This document shows positions 51,382-62,600 of a DNA stretch of 63,858 bases, piece after piece (the first letter of the stretch is position 1; every line of letters starts with the position of its first letter). Source of the DNA: Sphaerodactylus townsendi. Its lineage: Eukaryota. The DNA lies in the NCBI RefSeq assembly GCF_021028975.2, contig NC_059433.1, forward strand, positions 51,026,143 through 51,090,000. The letters run 5' to 3'. Below the pieces are notes generated by a model. The model saw only the letters and a list, made by a program, of their open reading frames with translations. It had not been told where the DNA came from and did not search any database. The translations under genes were made by a program, and so were the position numbers.

Positions 51382-52954
51382 AACAGAGGCCAAAGGGAGG
51401 AAGGGCCAGAGGGAGGAAGGGTCTGACCCTGGGAGAGGGGCTTGGGCTGGAAACTGGGAGGGGGGATATTTTACTCATTTTCTCATATTGTGGAGGGTGC
51501 TGTGCCTCTAACCCCTGCAATGTGGAAGGGAGGACTGCAATTTTTAAAAGGGGCCATCCCAGCTGCCTTTAATGTAAAGATGGGAATAGTGTTAGAGATC
51601 CATAGCAATGAGTGTTAGAGATCCATAGCAATAAACTGAGAAAGGAAGAAAGTGAAAGAAGAGATATTCCCATTCAAAGAAGGTATGTACAACCAATTAG
51701 AGGTTCAAAGGTTCAAAAGCTTTCTTCTAGAGTAAACTCCACCTCTTTGTTATTTCAATATAGTGGACATGGTTAGGATTTTATGATTCTTTGGAGAAAT
51801 ATAGTCCCTAGAAGTTCAGAGTGACTGGGACAACTGTATAAAAGTATAAAGGCGTAACCACCAAGACCTTAACTGAGCTCCCATTTTGTTCCTAAAACTT
51901 GTTTTCTAAAAATAATATTGGAGCCCCTCCCCCATGTGTTTCTATGACCATCAAGTGGGAAAAGAATTGTGTGGTTTCATACCAAAACATCTATTTTGAA
52001 ATTGTAAAGGAACTCCCTTAGCAGGAGTTCCTTTCCCTATAACCAGGACATTTCTACGACCATTTGGAAGATTCAGTGTATTTCTGTGGTCACTCAAAAG
52101 GAAAACTAGCATTGATTGGACTTGACATTAAGACATTTGCTTGAACATCTGGCAATACTTCCTAAGAGCCACTGGCTCCACAAAACCCTCTCTGTGGACA
52201 GAGATTTTATGTGGCTATTTAGAAGCATCAATGCATTTCTATGACTATTCAGAAAGGATAGCAAACAGCTATTTATTACCCAAAAATGTAATCACTTTAA
52301 GATGTTCTTGAACTCCATAATAGGAAGAAGCCCGGTCTTAGCAGTGCCCTATCTATTTTTTAAACTGTAGAAGATTTCTGGCAATCTTAGAATTAACTAT
52401 ACAGCTATTTGGGCCCATACAATCCAAAACCAAGAACAAAATTCACTTATCTTTTACTAGGATCAACCAAATTGGCATAAAGCAGTATTTATTTTACTGT
52501 GATTATGTTGTTGGTTCTAATAAAATGTGTTGCATGGATTTTGTTCTTGATTTTGAATCTTAGAACTGGCACTTCGAATGTCTTTGTGTTTAATCCCATG
52601 CACTAAAGAAGGATTTGATATTCATATTTTGTAATCATGCTGTGAATTATGCTATATTTTTATGTGGAACCATTGTCTGTCTGCCTTACGGATTTGATAG
52701 ATTGAATGCTATGCTCCCCCCCCTCCCTCTGTGTCCACATTTCTTCTGTTGAATGTGAGAGTGGTTTGGAACAGTGTTGCATTATGTAAATTTATGATGT
52801 GGTGTAAGGAAAACAGCACACCTGTCAACAAGGGTGGGTAACTACAGGATGAATCCAGAACAACACGAACAACTTGGATAGATGAATCTGTCATTAATTA
52901 CATGTACATAGTTCTTCAGAATGCATACCCCTAGCTAGACAGATTGCTCTGGAA

Positions 52955-53155
52955 CTGGAATGACAGCCCCCCTCCCTGAGTGGAATGATGGTTGCTGGGG
53001 AAAAAAGTATTTTGTGACTGAAATGACAGCCCTCAAAGTGGAATGACAGTCCCCAGAACAGATAATCTGCTCTATGAATGGAATGACAGCCCCCAAAAGC
53101 AAAGAGGGTATCCAGGAATATGATCAGTTTTCTGGGAATGGAATGACAATTTCCA
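52955..53155 (+). repeat. Degenerate GGAATGACAG repeat array
   Basis: Several GGAATGACAG units; the reverse complement CTGTCATTCC recurs at about 54180-54292 and 57468-57680. Confidence 0.7.
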
Positions 53156-54292
53156 GAGAGATGGTCTCCTGTGATTAAAATCAATGCTGTGCAACTGCAC
53201 AACTGTAATCATAAACCTTAGAGTGGAGTGAAATACCTTACATTTTAATTAATACTTCTGGAGTTTGCATTGTTATCCCCAACAAATCAGACCATCACAA
53301 CAGTTCTCTGCTTGTCAGCCGTTCTGTTCCTTTCTAGAGTCATGGTGTTGGTGTCAGCCACCTCATTCTGCTCTGTTGACAAATATAAATCTTGCCCTTC
53401 CTTTTCTTCCTTAGAGCCTGCATTTAAGTCTCCTTTCTTCCTGTCCTCCAGGTTCCTGTTATGTGCCACATCCTGCTTGAGCTCCTTGGGCACTTTTGCC
53501 CACTATGGTGTCCTGTAACCAACAGCACCCATCTCAGTCTCCCTGCAAAAAACTTCATCCTAATGCATTTTCATATATGAAGATTTTAATATCTAAATCT
53601 CTGTATAGCATGTCATTTGCCCATCTTGACAAATACTCTGACTGTTTCTGGCTGTCCAGTATCTCGGGCACAGCTGAATGGTTCTCTGCTTCCTGCCTTC
53701 TCTTTCACACCCCTGCCTTCTACCTCTCAATACGCACTCTTACCCAATGATTACTATGGCAGTTACAGAAGGATTCAGAGAAGAAAATTTACTGATACAG
53801 TATTAATTGTTGAATGAAACTGGTATAATATTATCTCTAATGTACACACTCTTTGCAAACAAAATACATGGATAGTTTGGTGGTGGTTGATGACATACAA
53901 GCTGCATACCACTGCCTGCAGTTGCAACAGAATAACATGCAGTCTTCTGATATGAAGTTGCCTTGCAATGACTTTTCTGAGCAGGTTGAATATCTGCTGG
54001 TATCTTTATCAGCTAACAACACAAGATACTATAGTAGAGGTTGTTCAGGTATGTGTACTTTGGGAACCATGGAAAGACGCTGATGGTATAATTTCTGGTA
54101 GGAATCTTGATCCTGTTTTTGTTCCAGTCCCAAGACACTGGTTGCATTCCTAGAAATAATCAGTACAGGGAGCGGGGGGAATCATTCCATTCTCAGAACA
54201 GGTTATCTAGTTTCAGGGACTGTCATTCTACTCTTAGGCCTCTCATTTCAATTGCAAAACGCTCCTGCTACTCCAAGAGGCTGTCATTCCAT

Positions 54293-57200
54293 CAGGGGTG
54301 TAGCTAGGAAAAATGGAGCCCGGGGCAAAATCTGAGTTTTGCCCCCGCCCATGTAGACGACCACCCTCCCCAACCACAACCAAACAACAATTTTTTGCAC
54401 CAGGTCATTTCAGTCACCATCACATTGTAGAACATGCCCCAACTCACAAATCTGAACACAGCAATGGTTCATGCCACACAGTGGAAATATTGTTTTGACA
54501 TTTTCAAAATGTTTTATTACTGCTGAGAAAAAATATATAAAAATAAAACAAAAGGGCCCAAAAAGGAACTTCTAAATGGCTTTCATTTGTTTTCCTGCAT
54601 GACACTAACCCTAACCCTGTGATCCATGGGCAGGGAGGTGTGTTGGGGATGGAGGGGGGGGGGAGGCTGGCAGAGCTTGCAATTTGTGGGATGTGTTTGT
54701 ATTGCAAGCTGTTCTGGAGGACTCAGATGGTCAAAAAGATGGCAGTACAATATTTTAACAGTACAAATCAATGTATAAATATTATATGTACTTAATCAGA
54801 AGCAGATAAACACACTCCGACACTATCACTCAGGATCAGACAAAATCTTGATTTCAATACTAATGTCTTAACACAGTCCACTATTTTCTTGATGACATTT
54901 CTGAACACTGGTTAACCTCAAAGGCCAAAATATGGGGTATAAATACTTCCACAAAAAACAACCCTGGGCAAATACAGCACCTTCACCACAAGGTAAGGGG
55001 TGCTGTCTTTCCGAGTGTGTCCATGACCCTTCATATCCCTCTTAAGATCAGCATATGTTAAAGTTAATTGTAGACTTTCCTTCTTTTTATCACTTTTCTA
55101 GAGCAGCAGGTCCACAATGATGCTTACTGAACTGATGCAAAATCACCTTCTAAAGGTGTTTTGGAAGTGAGGCTAAGGGCACTATCACACATGAGAATAA
55201 TGCATTTTCAAGCCACTTTCAATGCACTTTTCAGCTGGATTTTACTGTGCGAAAGAGCAAAATCCACTTGCAAACAATTGTGAAAGTGGATAGAAAATGC
55301 ATTATTCTGGAAATGCCAAAGTGCCCCAAGAACAGTTCATACACTTCACGAAACCAACAGGATAGGCATTTAGCTAGCCAAAACACAACACATACGCACA
55401 CAATGGATTGACCAAATTGCCAATTTATCAGCACATCACAAAAAGAGAAAGACTGAAAAACCAACTTTAAAAAATACAGATAAAAACTCTCCTGGAGGCA
55501 CAGCACTATGAAAAACCACATGGACCCACACAGGAAGCAGCCTTATACCAAGCCAGACCTTTTGGTCTGTTGGGGTCAGCATTGCCCACTCTCACTGGAC
55601 ACAGCTCTGCTGGGTCTCAGTTGGAAAGTCTTCCACATAACCTCCTACTTGATTTTTTAAACTGGAGATGCCAGCAATTGAACTGGGGACTTTCTGAATG
55701 CCAACTAGATGCTCTTCCACTGAGTCATGCCCCCAAACTTCTCTCCTTCCCTCCCTTCCATAAAGGCAGAGGACTCCACAGAATCCTGACTTCTGCACAC
55801 TTCTGATTGGGGGCAGGGGTGTGTGTGGCTTTTCTGAATGTGCAAAACACCTTCCTGAGGGGAAAGTGGAAATATTTTATATTACAACCAATTGGAACAG
55901 TGTGTTTCTTTTTTACTTACATTTTTTTACCTTTCCTTTTTAAGGGAAACACGTCTATTTATTTGAACCCTTATTTATGTTGCTTACAAAGTGTAGCCCT
56001 GTGTGGAATGGGGGGAGAATGAAAGGAGAAAAGCTGACCCCCTCTTAACAGCCCAGCTCAATCTTAAACACACTTACTTGAGAGTAACTGCTACTGAATT
56101 CAATGGGATTTACTTCAGAGTATACGCTTCCAGGTTTGCACTTCAAGAGGTTCTTTTTAGTTGACTAGAAGAGGGATTTTTGGGAGGCAACTGTTTAATT
56201 GCAGTGGTTGAGTTTACCTTTGATGGGGATGGGTGAGTTCTGAGATAAAAACTGAAATCCCAATTCCAGAAAATGTGAAGTCCTGCTGCCCCAAACAGTC
56301 CAGAGTCCCTTTACTCACAAGCCGGTCCTGCTGAGCTCAGTCGAGCAAGCCCCCCCCCCTCTTGTCTGAGCAGCCCATGCACTCCGAGCAAGTCAGGGAG
56401 GTGAGAGGAAGAAGAGGATCGTTCAAAAAAAGTTTAAACAAAAAAAAAGGCCAAAACAAAAGCAGAGGGCAGCTCTGGGAAAGGACAGGAAAGGGGAGTT
56501 TCTTTCTCCCCTGCCCCCAAGATCTACCGTGAAAGGCGAAGGAGCAGGGAAGGGGAGAAGTCCAAAGCCCTTTGCTCTGTGCAACGTCCACAACAGCCAA
56601 GACACAAAACAAGGCACCAACTTCTGCAAGTAGCAGCAGGGAAACTGCGCGGAGGGAGGCTCGTGGGTCCCGGCAAATGGAGGGAAGCCTGGACGCCCCC
56701 CCCCTGCATTCTCACACACATGCGCTCACGCTCACACACCCTCCTCCGGCTGAATCTCGCCCCCAACCAGATCCAAATGCATCTCTGGCGCAAAACTGAA
56801 AGGGCTCCTTCCCCACTGTGGTCAGCCTCCCCTCCACTTGCTACCAGCACAACCTGGGAGACCCTCGCTTGGAAATGCAGCCCTTCTCCCCATTGTTCCG
56901 TCTGGACGCCCCCTCACCGTGTGCTGCGCGCCTCTCAGCCCTTGATGGGGGCGGCAGTGGCAGGGCTGGCAAACAAGTCAGTGCTGTGGCCGCTGGAGGG
57001 TCTGAGCCATTAAAAGTGCTGGGAGGCGGCGGCGGCGGCGGCGGCCACAGGCGGAGAAGGGAAGCGGTGGGAGCGGAGGGGGAGCGGCGGGGAAGGGTCG
57101 CCATGGCTAGGGCGAGCTCGCTGGCTCCCATAGGGAAAGTGGAGCCCAGGCGAGAAATGCAGGGCGGGGACGAAGAGGAAAGCCTCGCTGGTGAGAGAAG

Positions 57201-57467
57201 CAGGAAGTGGTCACTGCTGCTGCTCGTTGGCTGTCTCCCTCTTCCGCCCACCCCCAGCCGGCTGCCTGGAGGGGAGGCGGGGAGAGCACTCCCTCGGCTG
57301 GAAGCCAAAAGGCGCAGGCCTCCTCTCCGGCATCGTGCAGCCAAACCAAGCCACGCCCCTCCTCCTTCCCGGAAGTGTGCAGGGAATTTTTCCGCCCTCC
57401 ACGTGACCTTGCAAGCCTGCGCCCGGGACAAGCCGCCCCGGATGTCCCCGTTGGCGCTTTGCCACTG
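54293..57467. mobile_element. Large cargo-carrying hAT-type element (family A termini, 3.2 kb)
   Basis: Termini CAGGGGTGTAGC / CAGTGGCAAAGC; perfect 8-bp TSD CATTCCAT (54285-54292, 57468-57475). The left about 110 bp and right about 75 bp (CCACGTGAC...GCGCCCGGGACA...TGTCCC...GCCACTG) are homologous to family A ends. Confidence 0.88.
55177..55326. mobile_element. Palindromic 150-bp Harbinger-like MITE inside the cargo
   Basis: GGGCACT...AGTGCCC ends, TAA / CAA flanks, mostly self-complementary. Confidence 0.65.
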
Positions 57468-57864
57468 CATTCCATTCTGGGGCCTCTCGTTCCAGGCCCA
57501 GAATATTGATTCTATTTGTGGGACCGTCATTCCACTCTGGGAACTGTCATTCCAATCACAGAAACCTTTTCTTACTCACATGTACCACCACTCCATTCTG
57601 AGGCTTGTTATTCCAGGTCCACAACACTTAAGCTGTTCCCAGGAATCATCATTACACCCTGGCAGCTGTCATCCCAGTCCCAGAAAAGTCTATCTGGGCC
57701 AATTGACCATCGTTCAAAATCCATTCTGCATTTTCACTGCAGCTTTTGGGTGTTGTAATATTTCAGTGGAGCCGACTGAAGCCAGTTGGCATTGTTTGTT
57801 CCCATTATATCCACTGGGCATTCCCACCTCTCCCATTGTCTCCAACATGTCAATTATTTTAGGA

Positions 57865-58060
57865 ATAAGATTGCCAGTCTCCAGGTAGAGCCCGGAGATC
57901 TCCTGCTATTACCATTGATCTCCAGTTGATCAAGATCAGCTTCCCTGAAGAAAATTGGCTGCTTTGGAAGGCGGATGATGTAACATTATATCTGCTGAGT
58001 CCCTCCCCTCCACAGACCCCTGCCAGTGCCTTCCCAAGACTTCATTCCCAAACTCTCCAG
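57865..58060 (+). repeat. Unclassified interspersed repeat
   Basis: ttgccag...ccaggt...ggagatc...ctccag...agatca...gaaaa...gctttgga, shared with about 48622-48740. Confidence 0.6.
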
Positions 58061-58067
58061 AGTTCCT

Positions 58068-59215
58068 TGTTTGTTTATAATTGTATTTCTAGTCCACCTT
58101 TTCCCTGGATGGGCTCAGGGCAGCTTTCAACAGTAAATTAAAGGATTGAAACATACAACTATATGTTATAAGGCACCATAAAATCTCTCACTAAGGGGAA
58201 TGAATTAAAGAAATAGGGTAAGAAAAAGGGAAAACTAAATATGGGCAGGAAGGGAGGTCAGATATGATTGAATGTAATTGCTGTCTTCAGCTACAGGCCT
58301 GGTGGAACAGCTCTGTTTTACAGACCATGCAAAATTTTGATAGGTCCCACAGGGTGTGTGACATGGTGTTCCAAACAGGCAGGAACCAGAGTCGAAAAGG
58401 CCTTGGCCCCATTCAAGGACAGTCTGATATCTTTCAGGCTACGGATTACCAACAAGCTGTTATTTAAAGCGCAATGTGCTCTCTTGGGGTGTACTTAGAG
58501 AGGCAGTCTCGCAGGCATGAGATCTCAGACCACTCAGTGCTTTAAAGGTTAACACCAAACCCTTGAACCTGACTTGGTACTCCACTGGTAACCAATGTAG
58601 CTAGTGGAGAACTGAATGGATGTGCTTCTGCCACAGTGCTCCAATAAGGAGTTGTGCAGCTACATTTTGAACCAATTGGGAGTTTCTGGATTAGTCTCAA
58701 GGGCAGTAGAGCAAGTTACCATATGCATGTCAGGGCGCAACAAGTAGGGGGCTGGTAACCTGGCCTGGTGTGGGTGATACAATGTGACTTAAGTCAAGAT
58801 GGCACCAAATATCACACCCAAGCTCCAGATGGTCAGAAAATATTTTAGTTGCACCCTGTCAAGAGCTGGAAGATGATCAGTCCCTGCCAAGTCTCTGTGA
58901 CCCAGCTATAGGAACTCCATCTTTGACAGATTTAATTTTAGCCAGCTCTGCTTCAACCATTTCACCAGACTCCAAACAACTGGCTAAAATATCTGGGGCA
59001 GCATCTGATCAGCCACTCATCAACAGGGTACAGCTGAGTGTCAACAGCATACTGGTGACAAGCTGGTCCAAAACTCAAGGGGGCGCATAAAGATGTTAAA
59101 CATCATCGGGGAGAGGATCACCCCTTGTGGGACGCCACACACCAACAAATACTGTGATGTCCTCACTCAGAGCTGGCAACCCTTGAAAGATTGCAGCCTT
59201 TCACTCTGCTCTATG
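58068..59215 (-). mobile_element. L2 LINE RT and 3' remnant
   Basis: The minus strand reads GVPQGVILSPMMFNIFMRPL...CHQYAVDTQLY (L2-type YADDTQLY), with an L2-like 3' end near 58070-58130. Confidence 0.85.
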
Positions 59216-59699
59216 TCAAACAGTATATACAGCTCTCTAGTTGTAAACCTTATATTTTTAATGCCTTACCTTTCCATTATTTATTTAGCCATCATTTGTT
59301 TTATTTACATATTTGCTATATCTAAAATATTCCTGCCCTTTTCCTGATCAAGCCAGGCTGAGAACTATATAATGAAATGCAATAAAACTATATAAAATCA
59401 TATAATTAAAACTATAAATTAAAACAATTAATCATATAGACTAAAACGATTAAAGGCCACCACTTTAAAAACAATGAACGCATTTCCTCTAGGAAAAGTG
59501 CCATTGATTTCAGCACGGTCTATTTCCAAATAATGCCTATCTCTAGTAAAAGTGTGCAGCCTTTCGCTGCTAACCTGGAAACCGATAAGCAGCTTGCCCG
59601 TTATGGCGGTGAGCAACTAATTTCATACAGGTATTCAAAATAATTGAATTTGGGAGGGGATTTTACTTTCTCGTTGTACTCGTAGACTACAAAACCCGA

Positions 59700-60232
59700 G
59701 AGGCAATATGCTATCATTAAAAAAAAGGCACAGGCGCGTTGCACATTGGGGCATGTAGTCTAGTCTTAATTGTTCCCCTTTATGTGTAAAACTAAAAGGG
59801 GAGTGGGGAAGGGAAAGAAATAGAGGGGACGGGAGTGGGTTGAAGAGAGGGTCTCCAGAAGCTCTCGCGAGATCTTTGAGAGCTCTTTCTTTTCTCTGTG
59901 TCTCGTGCGGTTTGCTCGCGAGCACGGCTGCCTTGGCTGGGATGTTTTGTACAGTCGCCATTCCCTTGTGTGACGTCATAGTGCATTGTTGTGACTTGCG
60001 TAACGGAGCATCCCTCAAGCTGTCAGCTGTGTCGCCGCCGCCGCTGCGGGAGCGCGAGCCCCAGCCGGCCCAGCCCTCCGCCTCCTTGTCTTCCTCCCGC
60101 CCCTCCCTCAGGGGTTCTAGAACTCCACGTCACCGTATCATTGTCTGTGCGGGACCCTCCGGCTCCCCCTCCCTCCCCCGTCCCTGCACGTTCCATCCCG
60201 CCCCCATAGAACCATCTCAATGAGATGCAAAC
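59700..60232 (+). promoter_or_regulatory. ASXL3: ASXL3 CpG-island promoter and 5' UTR
   Basis: CpG-rich; TCTCGCGAGA (59863-59872), GCTCGCGAGC (59914-59923), CRE TGACGTCA (59971-59978), TTGCGTAA (59996-60003). Confidence 0.8.
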
Positions 60233-60286
60233 ATGAAAGACAAGAGGAAGAAGAAGGACCACACCTGGGCCGAGGCTGCCCGCCTG
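60233..60286 (+). CDS. ASXL3: ASXL3 first coding exon (start of HARE-HTH/ASXN domain)
   Basis: MKDKRKKKDHTWAEAARL then CTG|GTAGGT donor; matches the recalled ASXL3 N-terminus MKDKRKKKDRTWAEAARL. Head-to-head with CCDC178 as in mammals. Confidence 0.95.
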
Positions 60287-61339
60287 GTAGGTGCGACCAG
60301 AGCTTTGTGCGCGGGGGGCCGGCCCGCCCGGTTGCTGTTCCCGGGGCAAGTCGGGGAGGAGCCTAGCGCAGCCTGCTCCGGACTCGAGTCCTTTGCATTG
60401 TTGCGGTCGGTAGGGGATGCTGGAGTGACTGTGCAAGGCTGGACGTGGGGCAGAGTCAGTTCTTCTCGAGCTTCACGGCAAAGCTAGAGATGCGGGATGG
60501 GACTGGAAGCGGCGGCGGCTGCGTTCTCATGGAACGGTGTTCCGTGCAGAAGTCTTGGCATCGGGGGTTCTGTGAGAACTACTTTGTTCAGGGACTGTCT
60601 GCATGCCACGTCCTGCAGTGAGGTAGTGAAAAGACCAAGAGGTTACTCCGGGGGCCGGTGGGAGTGAACCTACTGAACACAATGCGGGGATCCCTGGGTG
60701 GTGTTGTGTATAAGTCACAGTGAAGCTCCCTTCCCTTCCCTCACCTGACCTAACCACGACCACTTGGGATTCTCCTGCAATAAGCTGAAAGCTGGAGGGC
60801 ATTATCCCCCCCCCCCCGCCCACGAGCAGTTTCTTATGTGTGGAGTTGTGTGGACTTATCCTGGGACCACAGATAAGCCACTCCCTGCTCACCCTGATTG
60901 TGACCTCTCCATAATGATTTCATACATCATCAGAATCAGGGCATATGTAAAGCAGACTGAAGTAGGGGTATTGGTTTCATCCTGAAGACAGTGTGATCAT
61001 TTCATTTCTATGTGCATGCACACAGGAGAATGGGCACCTCCCTTTGTAATGAAATATGTAGAACCGAGCAATTTCCTGGATAATAGTACAGAAAATGTTA
61101 TTGGGTGTGTATATACGTGTGTGTTTGCATATGCATGTTTGTGTGTGTGTGAATGAATTACTCAGATAAACTTCTGTAGCATGTACATGTCCAATAAGTA
61201 TTTACATCTTTTAACAAGCATGTGAGGCATTGCACTCAAGACTCCTTTGTAGCATATATGAGTGTAATATTTGTAACCTCTGCACCCCTCTTCTCCCCCC
61301 AACAAAAATAAAGGGATGGGGTAAAAGCCAGGAGCCAGA

Positions 61340-62600
61340 TTGCCCCGGAATGGGTATTAAATGAGTTAGAGCACCACAAAAACTGTAGCATGTATTAGAG
61401 GCACTTCAGAACTACAATCTAGGGGGAAAAAACACAGAGACAACATGCATTTGTTAACCCTTTCGAGGCCAAAAATGCCTCTGGAACAGCAAAAAAAGCC
61501 CGGAATGGGCATTAAACGAGTTAGAGGTCCACAAAAAACTGTAACATGCATAAGAGGCACTCAAAAACTACAATCTAGAAAAAAATGCATTAAAAACTTG
61601 CATTTATTAACCATTTCCAGGCTAAAAATGCCTCCGAAACAACAAAAAAAAGTCCAGAATGTACCGGAACATGCATTAAACGAGTTAGAGGACCACGAAA
61701 AACTGTGGCATGCATTAGAGGCACTCTAAAACTACAATCTGGGAAAAAATGCACAAAAAATGTGCATTTATTAACCATTTCCAGACCAAAAATGCCACCA
61801 GAACAGCAAAAGAAGCCCGGAACAGCCCGGAAATAGCATTAAATGACCTAGAAGAACACAAAAAACAGTGGCATCCATTAGAGACACTCCACAACTACAA
61901 CCTAGAACAAAAAATGCGCAGACAACCTGCCTCTCGTACCCTGTTCCAGGCCAAAATGCCTTCAGAACCAGAAAGTGGCCTGGAACAGGCATTAAATGAA
62001 TTAGAGGACCCCAAAAAACTGATGTACGCATTAGAGGTACTCCAGAACTACAACCTAGAAAAAATAATACAGAGACAACTTGCCTCTCTTACTCTGTTTT
62101 GAGCCAAAATGCCTTCGGAGCCAGAAAATGGCCCGGAACAGCCCAGAACAGGCATTAAACGAATTAGAGGGCCACAAAATTCTGTGGTACACATTAGAGG
62201 CACACCAGAACTTCAACCTAGAACAAAAAACACAAAGACAACCTTCCTCTCTTATCCCGTTCCGAGCCAAAATGCCATTGGAGCCAGAAAATGGCCCGGA
62301 ACAGGCATTGAAAAAGCTACAGGGCAACAACATACAGAGGCATGCATTAGAGGCACTCCAGAACTACAACCTAGAACAAAAAACACAGAGACAACCTGCT
62401 TCTCTTATCTCGTTCCGGGCCAAAATGCCTTTGGAGCCAGAAAATGGCTCGCAACAGGCATTAAACCAGCTACAGGGCCACGAAAAACTGTGGCTTGCAT
62501 TAGAGACACTCCAGAACTACAACCTAGAACAAAGAATGCAGAGACAACCTCTTACCCCGTTCTGGGCCAAAATTCCTCAATAGCCAGGAAACGGTCTGGA
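61340..62600 (+). repeat. Tandem satellite, about 8 copies of a 153-164 bp unit, in ASXL3 intron 1
   Basis: The anchor ATTAAA...TTAGAG recurs at about 61356, 61511, 61675, 61838, 61991, 62154, 62307 and 62460; an inverted partial copy lies at about 62595-62673. Confidence 0.95.

Noticed and set aside
51550-52520. Possible L1-like 3' remnant
   Set aside because: No motif could be read with confidence.
56818-57888. 356-aa plus-strand ORF
   Set aside because: It crosses a transposon boundary and TSD, has low-complexity GC-driven composition and no recognisable domain.
60233-60487. 84-aa ORF as a complete protein
   Set aside because: Only the first 18 codons match ASXL3; the rest is intron read-through after the GT donor.
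61340-62600. CRISPR-like array or repeat-protein gene
   Set aside because: Eukaryotic context, whole units repeat with no unique spacers, and unit lengths of 163-164 bp break the frame.
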